64,000 nt of DNA from Thermoplasmatota archaeon (lineage in GTDB: Archaea; Thermoplasmatota; E2; DHVEG-1). Where the stretch lies: positions 906 to 64,905 of the forward strand of contig JAWABU010000004.1 of NCBI GenBank assembly GCA_038884455.1, written 5' to 3'. Positions 30,015-40,823 of this stretch are shown piece after piece (within the stretch, counting starts at the first letter, position 1; the number at the start of each line of letters is the position of its first letter). Made by a program: the position numbers and the translations under genes. The notes under the pieces are model-generated. The model saw nothing but the letters and a program-made list of their open reading frames with translations. It searched no databases and was not told the origin of the DNA.

Positions 30015-31025
30015 TTAGTCAGAGATTATCGGAAGAATCGTCCCGCAATACATACATCGTTTATTGTTTACTCCTGTAAGTTGTATTGAGAACCCATGGC
30101 GTTCGATAACGGTTTTGTGGCAGATGGGGCATCTGGTGTTTTCGTAGGAACCATGAGCGATATTTCCAAGATATGCGTAGAGTAATCCTTGGTTTTGTGC
30201 ATGTGAATAAATAGTAATCATAGTTTCTTTCGGGGTTGCCGGTAGGTTTGTCATCTGGTGGTCTGGATGGAATCTGGTAAAATGAACCGGTGTTTCTCGA
30301 CCAAGTTTTTCAAGAACCCATCGGCAAAACTTGTTAATTTCATCTAACGTGTCATTGTATCCTGGGATTACAAGATATGTTAATTCGACATGAATTCCAA
30401 GATTTTTTGCAAGCTCACAAGTGTTTAGAACAGGTTCAAGTCGTGCGGTACAGATTTTGTGATAAAATGATTCCGTGAATGCTTTCGCATCAATATTCAT
30501 TGCATCTAAATACTGGGAGAGTTCCCTGAGCGGGTCTTCATTGATATATCCATTGGTTACATAGACGGTAGCAAGTCCTTGTCTTTTTGCATATTTCATT
30601 GTGTCATAGGCGTATTCATGCCAAATTGTTGGTTCGTTGTACGTCCATGCGATACCTCTACAGTTATGTTCTTGGGCGATTGCAACTGTTTGTTCAGGAG
30701 TAAGTTCTCGAAAAGGAAAATGATAGGGTTGTGCTGTTGAAATACTTGCATTCTGACAGTGAGCGCATTTCATGGTACAACCTACAGATCCGATCGATAA
30801 TACCAATGATCCTGGATAGAAATGATACAATGGTTTTTTTTCAATGGGGTCATCAGCAATCGATGAACAAGACCCATAAATCAGAGAAATCAGTTTTCCT
30901 TGCTTGTTTTCACGGACACCACAAATTCCGCGTCTTCCTGAAGGAATCGTACATTGATGTGGACATAATAAACATTGGACCTGTTGATTATCCAGGGGCC
31001 GCCAGAATTTTGCTTCATGATGCAT
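30015..31025 (-). CDS. amrS: AmmeMemoRadiSam system radical SAM enzyme (PFL-activating-enzyme-like)
   Basis: CLLCPHQC, DPIEKKPLYHFYPG, CTMKCAHCQN, TYNEPTIW and FTRFHP. Confidence 0.9.
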   Translation of the reverse strand: MHHEAKFWRPLDNQQVQCLLCPHQCTIPSGRRGICGVRENKQGKLISLIYGSCSSIADDPIEKKPLYHFYPGSLVLSIGSVGCTMKCAHCQNASISTAQPYHFPFRELTPEQTVAIAQEHNCRGIAWTYNEPTIWHEYAYDTMKYAKRQGLATVYVTNGYINEDPLRELSQYLDAMNIDAKAFTESFYHKICTARLEPVLNTCELAKNLGIHVELTYLVIPGYNDTLDEINKFCRWVLEKLGRETPVHFTRFHPDHQMTNLPATPKETMITIYSHAQNQGLLYAYLGNIAHGSYENTRCPICHKTVIERHGFSIQLTGVNNKRCMYCGTILPIISD

Positions 31026-31053
31026 TGCTGTTTTTCATACAAAAACAGTTTAT

Positions 31054-32364
31054 TTATGTTTCGCCAAGAATAAGCCCTTTTCGGTTTGTTACTCGATACG
31101 GATATTTGTCGTTGATTTGGGGCTCCATGGTTTTATATTCGGCAAACGCCTTATCGGTTCGTAGCATATATTTAGCATAATAAAATGCTTCTTCGACCGA
31201 TACTTTTCCATCTTTGAAGAGGTGTAACCGAGAAGGTACTCCTCGTTTGAGAAAACCTGGTTTGAAGCCATCAGCATCTCCTGTTTTGATACCCTCAAAC
31301 CAGAGTAAGGTAAACAGAGGGCCCTGAGTGGTGCTGGCGTATCCTTGTCTGAATTTACTGGTGCTTGAAATGACAATACGACCTGAACGTGGTATCCCTG
31401 ATTTGAACAGAAGTGATGTTGAAAAATCATAAATGGTTTTATCTGCAAAACCTCCACTATAGCAAGCGTCAACGATCAGTGTTGTTTTTTTAGATCGAAG
31501 TCCAAATAGCATTTTTCCCAAGTCACGATCACTCAGTAGTCCATCCCAGAGAAAGATCTGACTTCGTTCGAATAGTTTTCCACCGGTTGCTGAGTTGCTT
31601 GCATCTCCATATCCATGGTTGAAAATCCAGATGAACACTTCGCTATCGCGGTAGGAGTTTGCTTGGTTCACGAGATGGGTAACAACCTGGATGAACGTAT
31701 CTTTGGTTGCTGCTCCATAGGTAACCGCATAGCTATGCTTGCGTTGCTGCAAGGTTTCTATTCTTTCACCATAGCCGTTGTCTTTTCGAATCCATCCATC
31801 GTCAAAAAGAATCACAATGTTTTCTGTGGCATAGTTGTAGTGGGTGATGAAATATGCTGCCATTTCTTCAGCAAGGTATAATCCACCGTTGCCAAGTTTA
31901 CTTTCATTCTCTTTGGGAAAGTTTGCGGCTGCGACAAAGAGAGCCCATTTGTGGCCATCTGAAGAAACATTTTTCGGATTTTCTAAGGTAACGTTAATCG
32001 AAGAGATTTTTGAATACTGTTTACCATCATATGCTCGTACACTAATCATGTAGTCTGCATTTTTCTCAGAATATGCAATCCAGGTGTAGCTCCACTGGGT
32101 TAGACCACTTACATTGGTCCATGTTGTGTTGCCGATTTTAATTTCAACACTAACCAGCTCCTGATCTCCATCCGGGTCAGATGCAGTTCCACTGATCATA
32201 ACTAGTTGGGAGACCACAGCATGATCTGACGGATACACTATGGTGACAATTGGTTTTTTGTTAGCATGGTAGGGATCCCGGGTGCCTAGTGTAAAGTAGT
32301 ACACAATTCCTATAAGTATCAGAACTACGAGTACTGTGCATACAGTGATCAGCTTTTTGTTCAT
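31054..32364 (-). CDS. Membrane-anchored clan CD (caspase/legumain-like) peptidase with Ig-like domain
   Basis: N-terminal TM; ISGTASDPDG Ig domain; KWALFV, FNHG, VDACYSGGF and DGKVSVEEAFYY. Confidence 0.8.
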   Translation of the reverse strand: MNKKLITVCTVLVVLILIGIVYYFTLGTRDPYHANKKPIVTIVYPSDHAVVSQLVMISGTASDPDGDQELVSVEIKIGNTTWTNVSGLTQWSYTWIAYSEKNADYMISVRAYDGKQYSKISSINVTLENPKNVSSDGHKWALFVAAANFPKENESKLGNGGLYLAEEMAAYFITHYNYATENIVILFDDGWIRKDNGYGERIETLQQRKHSYAVTYGAATKDTFIQVVTHLVNQANSYRDSEVFIWIFNHGYGDASNSATGGKLFERSQIFLWDGLLSDRDLGKMLFGLRSKKTTLIVDACYSGGFADKTIYDFSTSLLFKSGIPRSGRIVISSTSKFRQGYASTTQGPLFTLLWFEGIKTGDADGFKPGFLKRGVPSRLHLFKDGKVSVEEAFYYAKYMLRTDKAFAEYKTMEPQINDKYPYRVTNRKGLILGET

Positions 32365-32452
32365 TCTTTCTCTAATAAAAAAAGTACTCTTGGTCCTTTA
32401 ATATCTTTATGGAACAATTGGTACCGGATTCTGAAGGAAGAATCGTGTTGTT

Positions 32453-33442
32453 TTACCACGTAATGTTTTTTTTAAAATGTTCATACCCTTTGTTCTCAAG
32501 AACTGTGGTATCACTCCCAGTATATAATAGAATTTTTTTTGTTTTTGTTACAGTTCCAATCGGATAGAGAGATACACCTTTTTTTCCTACGGCTTTTTTT
32601 GTTTTTTCAAACACAGTTGGCGGAATTGTAACAAGGAGTTCATAGTCACCACCGAAATGCAAAGAAACAGCAGGAACATCAAGGTTTTTTATTTTCTTTG
32701 CTACTGATCTGAGTTCTGGTGAAATCGGAAGTTTTTCTTGATCTATTTCAACCCCAATCTGGTTCATTTCTTGGAGTTGATACAGCGATGACGATAAACC
32801 ATCGGAAAGATCCATACAACTGGTAACATGATGCGTCTGAGCTAGTATTCTCCCTTCGTTGAGTCGAGGCCATGGTTCAAACAAGAATCGGCAGATTTTT
32901 CTGTCAGTAATGTTATGGCGGAGTGCATAGTATCCAGCTCCAGCTTTTCCGAGCGTTCCAGTGACTGCAACCACATCGCCAATCTGTGCTCCTCGACGTG
33001 CCATGAACTCATTTTTATTCACCCTGCCAAATGCAGTCCCTGAAAGTGTTATTTCTCGTGTTTCTTTGGTATCACCGCCAACGATTGTTGTTCCAAAACG
33101 AGTTGCACAGGTGTTTAAACCACGACTTACTTCTTTGAGAAATTGTTCTGAGGTTTCCGTAGGCAACCCCAGAGATACAACTAATCCAAGTGGTGTTCCT
33201 CCTTTTGCTGCAAGGTCACTGAGGTTGATTGCGCAGAGAAACCAACCAATCTGAAATGGTCTCATCTCCTGTGGTATGTGGGTTTTTTCAGAAATCATGT
33301 CGGTTGTTATGAGCAGATAGTCTTTTCCAAGATCAATCGCGGCGCAATCGTCGCCAAGACCAACCAGGCTAGTATCCTGAGTGAGTATCGATGTGATGAG
33401 TTGTATCGCTTTTCGTTCTCCGAGGTCTGAGAGTTTTTTCAC
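32453..33442 (-). CDS. thiL: Thiamine-monophosphate kinase
   Basis: LGE, GDDCA, NLSDLAAKG, GGDT, VTGTLG, DLSDGL and GGDYEL. Confidence 0.95.
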   Translation of the reverse strand: MKKLSDLGERKAIQLITSILTQDTSLVGLGDDCAAIDLGKDYLLITTDMISEKTHIPQEMRPFQIGWFLCAINLSDLAAKGGTPLGLVVSLGLPTETSEQFLKEVSRGLNTCATRFGTTIVGGDTKETREITLSGTAFGRVNKNEFMARRGAQIGDVVAVTGTLGKAGAGYYALRHNITDRKICRFLFEPWPRLNEGRILAQTHHVTSCMDLSDGLSSSLYQLQEMNQIGVEIDQEKLPISPELRSVAKKIKNLDVPAVSLHFGGDYELLVTIPPTVFEKTKKAVGKKGVSLYPIGTVTKTKKILLYTGSDTTVLENKGYEHFKKNITW

Positions 33443-33523
33443 AAATTGTTCAACACGTGGGGTATTCAAAAGGTTTATGATAAAAAACATGTTTTTCCCC
33501 TTGATGTATGCTGTAGGGAGTGA

Positions 33524-34561
33524 TTGATTTTGAAAAAAATGACGTATGCAGATAGCGGTGTTGATATTTATCAGAAAGAAGAAGCAATTACCTCGCTACT
33601 TTCAAGTATTACAACAAAAAGAACCGGGTTTGGCAAACCCTTAGGGGGGCACTATGCAGGTCTTATCGATTTTGGACCATATGCATTAGTCCTTTGTACT
33701 GATGGTGTTGGAACGAAAATCAAAATCGCTGAAGCATTGAACAAGTGGGATACTATTGGTATCGATTGTATCGCAATGAATGTCAATGATGCGATCTGTG
33801 TTGGTGCAGAACCGCTTGCATTTGTTGATTATCTAGCGGTAAACAACCCAGATGCTGAAATAACAAAGGAAATCGGTAAGGGGTTAAACAAGGGAGCAGA
33901 ACTTGCTCGAATATCAATTATTGGTGGTGAAACTGCTGATCTGCCTGAAATCATCAATGGTCTTGATCTTGCAGGAACGTGTCTAGCCTATGTGAAAAAA
34001 ACTGATATCGTGATGGGTGATCGTATTCGTCCTGGTGATATCATCATTGGCCTTTCAAGCACTGGAGTTCATTCTAATGGCTACACGCTTGCACGAAAAG
34101 TAGTTACTGAATCTGGTTTTGCATACACTGATCGATTTCCTGAGGGCTGGTATCCCGGGAAAACCATTGGTGAAATCATGCTTGAACCAACAAGAATCTA
34201 CGTTCGAGAAATCTTGCAGCTTCTTAAAAAAATCAAAGTCCATGGATTAGCTCATATCACCGGAAGCGGCCTTCGGAATCTCCCTCGATTAAAGAAACAG
34301 GTGAAATATGTACTTACCGATCCCTTTGCACCTCAGCCTATTTTTCAGTTTTTACAAACGTATGGAAACATCGAAGACGCAGAGATGTATCATACATTTA
34401 ACATGGGCATGGGATTTGCAGTAATCGTTGCAGAGCAAGATGCCGAAGAAACCGTCAAAATTCTTACAAAATATTCAGATGCAGAGGTACAGATCGTCGG
34501 AATGATCACGAAAGGATCTGGTGTTGAAGTCCCAAGTTTGAATATAGCGTTCCAACCATAG
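33524..34561 (+). CDS. purM: Phosphoribosylformylglycinamidine cyclo-ligase (AIR synthase)
   Basis: TYADSGVD, TDGVGTK, GGETA, HSNGYTL, HITGSG and TFNMGMG. Confidence 0.97.
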   Translation: MILKKMTYADSGVDIYQKEEAITSLLSSITTKRTGFGKPLGGHYAGLIDFGPYALVLCTDGVGTKIKIAEALNKWDTIGIDCIAMNVNDAICVGAEPLAFVDYLAVNNPDAEITKEIGKGLNKGAELARISIIGGETADLPEIINGLDLAGTCLAYVKKTDIVMGDRIRPGDIIIGLSSTGVHSNGYTLARKVVTESGFAYTDRFPEGWYPGKTIGEIMLEPTRIYVREILQLLKKIKVHGLAHITGSGLRNLPRLKKQVKYVLTDPFAPQPIFQFLQTYGNIEDAEMYHTFNMGMGFAVIVAEQDAEETVKILTKYSDAEVQIVGMITKGSGVEVPSLNIAFQP

Positions 34562-34590
34562 GTTTTTTTCTGAGTACGTATGTAGGGTAT

Positions 34591-35508
34591 ATGAAAATCG
34601 GAAATGTTGAAATCAAGAATCCTTTTGTTCTTGCTCCACTTGCAGGAGTGAGTTGTACCGCGTTTCGTTTGCTCTGCAAAGAGAACGGCGCAGGGCTTAT
34701 TTATACGCAGATGATTGATGCAGAACGTATCTCTGAGAAAAAACCTGAGGAGGTACAATCGTTTCTGAATATTCTGCCGCAGGAACGACCAGTAACCGTC
34801 CAACTTATTGGCAGTACCAAACAAACATTACTTCGTGCAGTACACGTAGTTGAACCATTTGCTGATATTATTGATTTGAATGTTGGCTGTATTGAGGAGG
34901 ATTATCTTTCGAAAGGATGCGGTGCAGCATTGCTTAAACATCTTGATCATCTTGAGACGCTCGTCAACGCGATGGTGAGTGCAACTGCAAAACCTATCAC
35001 GGCGAAAATACGGATTGGGTGGGACAACCAGCATATCAATGGTGTAGCAGTAGCACAACGTTTGGAAAACAACGGTCTTGCTGCTCTCTGCGTTCATGGG
35101 AGAACTGCTGATCAAAAATATGCGGGTAAGGTCAACTGGACGATCATGAAGCAAATTAAACAAAAACTTCACATCCCAGTTATTGCAAATGGAGATGTTA
35201 AAAGTTATACTGATGGTCTTGCAATGTTGGAAAAAACAGGATGTGACTTGGTGATGATCGGCAGAGAAGCTATGCACTGCCCGTGGGTATTCAGTCAAAA
35301 ACCAGTTGATATCAAGCAGCAGATTCTCCGATTTATTGATCTGTATCAACGTTATGAACAGCGCCAGTCAGTTGTAGAGATTAGTGATCATGTGTTTTGG
35401 ATGCTTCGTGATTTTCAAACAACTCAGGATACGAAGAAGGTTCATCTGTTATCTACGGTTGGTCAGATTCAGCGTTTTGTTGCTCGGTTAGATTCTCGTC
35501 TTGAGTAG
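34591..35508 (+). CDS. dus: tRNA-dihydrouridine synthase (DusB/NifR3-like)
   Basis: LAPLAG, VQLIG, DLNVGC, GCGAALL, KIRIGW, VHGRT, IANGDV and MIGR. Confidence 0.85.
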   Translation: MKIGNVEIKNPFVLAPLAGVSCTAFRLLCKENGAGLIYTQMIDAERISEKKPEEVQSFLNILPQERPVTVQLIGSTKQTLLRAVHVVEPFADIIDLNVGCIEEDYLSKGCGAALLKHLDHLETLVNAMVSATAKPITAKIRIGWDNQHINGVAVAQRLENNGLAALCVHGRTADQKYAGKVNWTIMKQIKQKLHIPVIANGDVKSYTDGLAMLEKTGCDLVMIGREAMHCPWVFSQKPVDIKQQILRFIDLYQRYEQRQSVVEISDHVFWMLRDFQTTQDTKKVHLLSTVGQIQRFVARLDSRLE

Positions 35509-37570
35509 ATTTCTTTTTTAATGACGATGGACGTTCTGTTTGTTTCGATGAGGTTGTAGTTCCATTGTTTTTTTTCTTAGGGCAAGCTGGGTTTAGACAG
35601 AGATCCCAATGTCGTTTACCTTTGAATTTCACCCGGATAATTGGTGTTTTACATTCAGGGCAGAGTTTATCGGTGAGGATCAAACCACCCTGCTGAGGAA
35701 GAGAATACGTGTTTTTACAGTCAGGATACCCGGTGCAACCAACAAATCGTTTCCCTTTTTTTGATGTGCGAACCATGAGATCTTTTCCGCATTGAGGACA
35801 TGAACCAATGTTATGCTGCTGACGGACTGCTTTGGTGATACTTTGTTTAATCTCCTCTTTTAGTGGTTCAAGATCTCTCATAACTTCTGTGAGCATCTGA
35901 CGAGATTCTGTGACCACTTCGATGAGTGTTTTCTTTCCTTCAGCGATGGCATCCATATCTTCTTCGAGACGAGCCGTCATAACTGGTTTGACGACATCGC
36001 AATGTCCAAGTGCTTCAACCACGGCGATTGCAGTTGCTGTGGGAACAGGGGGTGAACCATGGATATACTTCCTGCTGTACAGTTTACTAATGATTTCATG
36101 ACGGGTTGATTTTGTTCCAAGTTTTAGTTCCTCCATTTTTGCGATCAAAGATCCTTGAGAGTATCGCTGGGGAGGTTTCGTCGCATCTTCTTTTATCTCG
36201 ATATTCTCAACCTGGATTGATTCTCCTTGCGTAAGCTCAGGAAGTACTGTATGTTTTTCTTTGTAGTATGGATATACGTCACGCCAGTTTGATTCAAGAA
36301 GTTTGTAACCTTCTGCGTTGAATAGTTCGCCACCGATGTCAAGCTGTATTTTTGTTCGTTCTGCTACAGCGTTTTTTGTCAGGGTTGCAAGAAAACGGCG
36401 GCAGATTAATTCATAGATTTTTTTCTGTTCTGCTGAGAGTTTTTTGCTTGGTGCATCGACAGGATGTATTGGTGGATGATCGGTTGCTTGTTGTTTTCCC
36501 CGTGTTGGGTAGTCTCTGCTGTGCGTAAGGACGTAGTCAACTTCTTTTGAGAATTGAGATGTTTTCAGTTTTTCAAGAATACCTCGGATATTGAGTGAAT
36601 TTGGATACACGGTATTATCTGTTCGCGGGTATGAGGTTAATCCCATCATATAGAGTTCTTCAGCGATGTTCATTGCTTTGGCTGCTGAAAAACCAAGATA
36701 CGATGCTGCCTGAAGAAACGTTGTCGTGTTGAAAGGAGATGGCGGTGTTTCTTCTTCAATCTTTTTTATTATTTCTTTTACCGTTGCTTGGTGTACCTCT
36801 TTTATTTTTTCATAGATCTGTGTTGCATGTTGTTTTTCCCAGAAAAATTCTTCACTGTGATCTGCATCAAATGTGGTATTTTTTATCAGATGAGCAATAA
36901 TTTTCCAATATGGTGTTGGAATGAATTTTTTAATTTCTTTTTCTCGTTCAACAAGAAGCGCCATGGTTGGTGATTGCACTCTGCCGATAGAGAGAAAGTC
37001 TCGTCCAAGACGCCGTGAGGTCAATGAAATAAATCTCGTGAGAACAGCACCCCAGACAAGGTCAATGATCTGACGCGCCTCAGCAGCATTTGCTAAATTA
37101 TAATCAACCTCGACAAGATCAGAAAACGCTTTCGTAATTTCATATGGGGTTATGGCACTATACTTTGCTCGTTTGATTTGAACAATATTTTTATTATACT
37201 CTTTTAGGAGATCAACAACTTCAACACCGATCAGTTCTCCTTCACGATCATAGTCAGTTGCAACAATTAAAAATGGGTTTTTGTCAACAAGTGATTTCAA
37301 TGCTGCAGCAATACCTTTTTCATGAATTTTTTTAATTGGTTGTACCTCAATGAGTTCATGTGGTTGGATTTTCTGCCATTGGTTAAAATCAGTTGGATAA
37401 TCAAGGGTGATGATATGACCTTTTAAACCAATAACATCCCACGGTTCACCATCTTTTTCAAACTGATAGACAGGGATTTTTCCGATATGAGTACTTTTTG
37501 CAGTACCATTAGACAAAATATAGGCAATTCGTCGTGCAGCTATGTTTTTTTCGCAAATAACCAGTTTCAT
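35453..37570 (-). CDS. topA: DNA topoisomerase IA with C-terminal zinc ribbons
   Basis: ICEK, ATDYDREGE, SIGRVQSP, SYPRTD, HPPIHP, LGTKSTR and CPQCG...GCTGYPDC. Confidence 0.97.
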   Translation of the reverse strand: MKLVICEKNIAARRIAYILSNGTAKSTHIGKIPVYQFEKDGEPWDVIGLKGHIITLDYPTDFNQWQKIQPHELIEVQPIKKIHEKGIAAALKSLVDKNPFLIVATDYDREGELIGVEVVDLLKEYNKNIVQIKRAKYSAITPYEITKAFSDLVEVDYNLANAAEARQIIDLVWGAVLTRFISLTSRRLGRDFLSIGRVQSPTMALLVEREKEIKKFIPTPYWKIIAHLIKNTTFDADHSEEFFWEKQHATQIYEKIKEVHQATVKEIIKKIEEETPPSPFNTTTFLQAASYLGFSAAKAMNIAEELYMMGLTSYPRTDNTVYPNSLNIRGILEKLKTSQFSKEVDYVLTHSRDYPTRGKQQATDHPPIHPVDAPSKKLSAEQKKIYELICRRFLATLTKNAVAERTKIQLDIGGELFNAEGYKLLESNWRDVYPYYKEKHTVLPELTQGESIQVENIEIKEDATKPPQRYSQGSLIAKMEELKLGTKSTRHEIISKLYSRKYIHGSPPVPTATAIAVVEALGHCDVVKPVMTARLEEDMDAIAEGKKTLIEVVTESRQMLTEVMRDLEPLKEEIKQSITKAVRQQHNIGSCPQCGKDLMVRTSKKGKRFVGCTGYPDCKNTYSLPQQGGLILTDKLCPECKTPIIRVKFKGKRHWDLCLNPACPKKKNNGTTTSSKQTERPSSLKKKSTQDENLTEQQNAESDQP

Positions 37571-37693
37571 CGGGTGTTCACTATTTTTATTGTGCAATCA
37601 CGTCATTAACAACTCCTATAACTAGTTTGCGATACTCTAAAAAAGTTAGTTGAAACTATTTATATGAAGAGCATAATATCCTGGTGAGGTACT

Positions 37694-38140
37694 ATGAAAG
37701 TTCAAATTGTTATGGGATCAAAATCAGATATGCCGGTAGCAGAAAAAGCAAAAGAGATACTTACTGAGTTTGATGTTGAACATACGATTACTGTTGCTTC
37801 AGCGCATCGGACACCTGATGTCGTAAAAAATCTTGTCGAAAAAAGTGACGCTGATGTTTTTATTGGGATAGCTGGTCTTTCAGCAGCACTCCCTGGAGTC
37901 ATCGCTTCCCATACAACAAAACCAGTCATTGGAGTTCCAGTGAGCGGTAAAATCAATCTTGACGCGATTCTTTCGATTGTCCAAATGCCTCCAGGTGTTC
38001 CGGTTGGAGCAGTTGGTCTTGATCGGGGAGAAAATGCAGCGTTGCTTGCTGTTGAAATTCTTGCAGTTCATGATGAAAAATTAGAAAAAAAACTGGTTGA
38101 TTATCGGAAAAAAATGCGGGAAAAAGCACTTGCGCAATAG
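37694..38140 (+). CDS. purE: N5-CAIR mutase / AIR carboxylase
   Basis: MGSKSD, SAHRTP, PVIGVP and QMPPGVPV. Confidence 0.97.
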   Translation: MKVQIVMGSKSDMPVAEKAKEILTEFDVEHTITVASAHRTPDVVKNLVEKSDADVFIGIAGLSAALPGVIASHTTKPVIGVPVSGKINLDAILSIVQMPPGVPVGAVGLDRGENAALLAVEILAVHDEKLEKKLVDYRKKMREKALAQ

Positions 38141-38157
38141 AACCAAAGGTTGCTTTT

Positions 38158-39105
38158 ATGTTTCGTGCTGAAACCTTTATAAAAAAAACTGTTGAACAGC
38201 TCAAAGCAGACATTCGTGGAAAAGCTTTAATTGCGTTTTCAGGTGGTGTTGATAGTACCGTATGTGCTGCACTCGTCAACAAAGCAATCGGTGATCACCT
38301 CGTCGCGGTACATGTTGACACAGGATATATGCGAAAAAATGAATCAGCAACCGTCAAACAAATGATGGATTCGATGGCATTGAACAATCGATTTATTAAT
38401 GCAAGTCATGAGTTCTATTATGCATTGAAAAATGTTGAAGATCCTGAACAAAAACGAAAAATCATTGGGGAAAAATTTATCAGAATTTTTGAACGAGTCG
38501 CACGTGAGGAATGTATTCAATATTTGGTTCAAGGAACTATCGCCCCTGATTGGATTGAATCAGGTGGTGGTCTTCGTGATACGATTAAATCACATCATAA
38601 TGTCGGTGGCCTCCCAAAGGATATGAACCTAACCTTGGTTGAACCACTCCGTGATTTATACAAAGATGAGGTTCGTCAGGTAGCTCGTGCGTTACATCTG
38701 AACGTTTCAGAACGTCAGCCGTTTCCTGGTCCTGGTCTTGCAATTAGAATTATCGGAGAAGCATCCCCTGAGAGAACTGAAATAGTTCGTGAGGCGTGTT
38801 ATATTGTTGAGACAGAAATCGATGCAGCAGTCGCAAAAGGACGTATGGAACGCCCATGGCAGTATTTTGCAGTACTTATACCTATTAAAACTGTTGGTGT
38901 TCATGGTGATAAACGTGCTTATGGGAATACAATCGCGATTCGTGCAGTCCAGAGTGTAGATGCAATGACTTGTCAGTATAGTTCGATACCCCATGAGGTT
39001 TTGGATCAGATTTCAACAAAAATTACCAATACATTGAAAGATAGGGTGAATAGGGTTGTCTATGATATAACAAATAAACCTCCTGGGACTGTGGAGTGGG
39101 AATAA
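38158..39105 (+). CDS. guaAB: GMP synthase, ATP-pyrophosphatase subunit B
   Basis: SGGVDS, DPEQKRKIIG, IKSHHNVGG, PFPGPGLAIR and KPPGTVEWE. Confidence 0.97.
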   Translation: MFRAETFIKKTVEQLKADIRGKALIAFSGGVDSTVCAALVNKAIGDHLVAVHVDTGYMRKNESATVKQMMDSMALNNRFINASHEFYYALKNVEDPEQKRKIIGEKFIRIFERVAREECIQYLVQGTIAPDWIESGGGLRDTIKSHHNVGGLPKDMNLTLVEPLRDLYKDEVRQVARALHLNVSERQPFPGPGLAIRIIGEASPERTEIVREACYIVETEIDAAVAKGRMERPWQYFAVLIPIKTVGVHGDKRAYGNTIAIRAVQSVDAMTCQYSSIPHEVLDQISTKITNTLKDRVNRVVYDITNKPPGTVEWE

Positions 39106-39111
39106 TATACT

Positions 39112-39690
39112 ATGGTTAAAATCTATGTTGTTGACAATGGTGGTCAGTGGACGCATCGTGAATGGAGGACCCTTCGTGATCTTGATGTTGAAACAAAAAT
39201 AGTACCAAACACGATTTCCTTTGATGAGCTTCAACAGGAAGAAGTTGATGGCTTAGTTTTGTCTGGTGGCGCACCTCGGATCGGGTTGGAGTCAACGCTT
39301 GGCAATTGTGATGAATATCTGAAAAAAGCTTCCTTTCCGATTCTTGGTATTTGTGCGGGTCACCAGTATATGGCACGGTTTTTTGGTGGAGATGCTCAGC
39401 CGTCAAAAATTCCTGAGTTCGGGAAGATAGAACTTCATCTTCTCAGGGATAATGAAGAGTTGTTTCAACATGTTCCTCAGAAGTCGATTGTATGGGAATC
39501 CCATAACGATGAAGTAACCAAACTTCCAAAAGATTTTGTGCATCTCGCTGAGAGTGAATATTGTAAAATCCAGGCAATGCGACATACGAAAAAACCTTTC
39601 TTTGGTCTTCAATTTCATCCTGAGGTCGAACACACTGAATATGGTGAACAAATCTTTCAAAATTTTGTCGCTCTTTGTAAACAATACTAA
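39112..39690 (+). CDS. guaAA: GMP synthase, glutamine amidotransferase subunit A
   Basis: DNGGQW, LSGG, LGICAGHQ, SHND and QFHPEV. Confidence 0.96.
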   Translation: MVKIYVVDNGGQWTHREWRTLRDLDVETKIVPNTISFDELQQEEVDGLVLSGGAPRIGLESTLGNCDEYLKKASFPILGICAGHQYMARFFGGDAQPSKIPEFGKIELHLLRDNEELFQHVPQKSIVWESHNDEVTKLPKDFVHLAESEYCKIQAMRHTKKPFFGLQFHPEVEHTEYGEQIFQNFVALCKQY

Positions 39691-39691
39691 A

Positions 39692-40207
39692 CTATGGTAT
39701 CAACATTTTTTTGATTTTTTTGAGGAAATATTCAAAGATAACAATGACAAACAGAATTGCAATACTCGTTACAACAAACAAAAGGAAACTATACAGAATT
39801 GCTCCTTCAACACCATACGAGGTTACCAGAGTTGATATACTTAGGATAATCCAGATGCCGGCAAGGATCATGGAAAGTATAATTTCAGCACCCCATCCTT
39901 TTTTTGCCGTAAACGTTTCCTCAATGTGGTTTATCTCTTCTTCAGTATCTTTGATGATTTTTTTAACTTCGTCAGAATCGTCTTCAGGGCCGAATGGCTC
40001 TGCTTTTTCATCCTGTTCGTTTTTTTTCTTCAGAGTATCAAGAAAATTTTTATAACAATCCTCAGAATCGAAAAGGAGCGGCTCACCTTGATATCCACAG
40101 TCTTTGCAGATGCTTTTCCATGAGGTGATACCAAAAAGTATGCCTGCATTCATGGTCCCTGCATCAATGCGTCTACTTCCGCAGTTTGGGCATGCCTGAA
40201 TATCCAT
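39692..40207 (-). CDS. Zn-ribbon protein with two C-terminal TM helices
   Basis: CPNCGS...CKDCGYQG, an acidic linker and two hydrophobic helices. Confidence 0.75.
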   Translation of the reverse strand: MDIQACPNCGSRRIDAGTMNAGILFGITSWKSICKDCGYQGEPLLFDSEDCYKNFLDTLKKKNEQDEKAEPFGPEDDSDEVKKIIKDTEEEINHIEETFTAKKGWGAEIILSMILAGIWIILSISTLVTSYGVEGAILYSFLLFVVTSIAILFVIVIFEYFLKKIKKMLIP

Positions 40208-40260
40208 AATATGATACCAGCTAATTTTTTGTTATGATCATCCGATGTTTTTAGGTGGTA

Positions 40261-40812
40261 CTACTCCCAACGGCGAAACAAGGTATGACGTATGCTGAGT
40301 TGGTCAAGGATTTTTCCAACAATAAAATTAACTAAATCATCAATCGTTTCCGGTTTCTGATAAAACGCTGGCATTGCCGGGAGAATAACTGCTCCTGCTT
40401 CTCGTGCTGCCACCATGTTTCGTAAACCAGGGAGATCCAAAGGAGTTTCTCTGATGACCAGAACCAATTTTCGTCCTTCCTTCAGACAGCAACTTGCCGC
40501 CCGAGCTGTGAGTGTGGTGCTGTACCCTTGTGCGATTGCAGACAGCGTTTTCATACTGCAGGGGACAATAATCATACCGTCGAGATGAAATGAACCACTG
40601 GCAGGACCTGCAGCAAGATCATTATTGTCGTAATATGTGTCTGCAAGTTTCTGAAGATTCTTTGCAGAATATCCTGTTTCATGCTCGAGGATTTTTTTTC
40701 CACCATTGCTAATAATTAAATGAATTTCATGCTTTGTTTTTTTTAATTCTTCAAGAAGACGGATGCCGTAGATACTTCCTGAAGCACCAGTCATACTCAC
40801 CAAATATTTCAT
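40261..40812 (-). CDS. ubiX: Flavin prenyltransferase
   Basis: TGASG, ASGS, PCSMKTL, RETPL and PAMPAFY. Confidence 0.95.
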   Translation of the reverse strand: MKYLVSMTGASGSIYGIRLLEELKKTKHEIHLIISNGGKKILEHETGYSAKNLQKLADTYYDNNDLAAGPASGSFHLDGMIIVPCSMKTLSAIAQGYSTTLTARAASCCLKEGRKLVLVIRETPLDLPGLRNMVAAREAGAVILPAMPAFYQKPETIDDLVNFIVGKILDQLSIRHTLFRRWE

Positions 40813-40823
40813 ACAGTACACCT

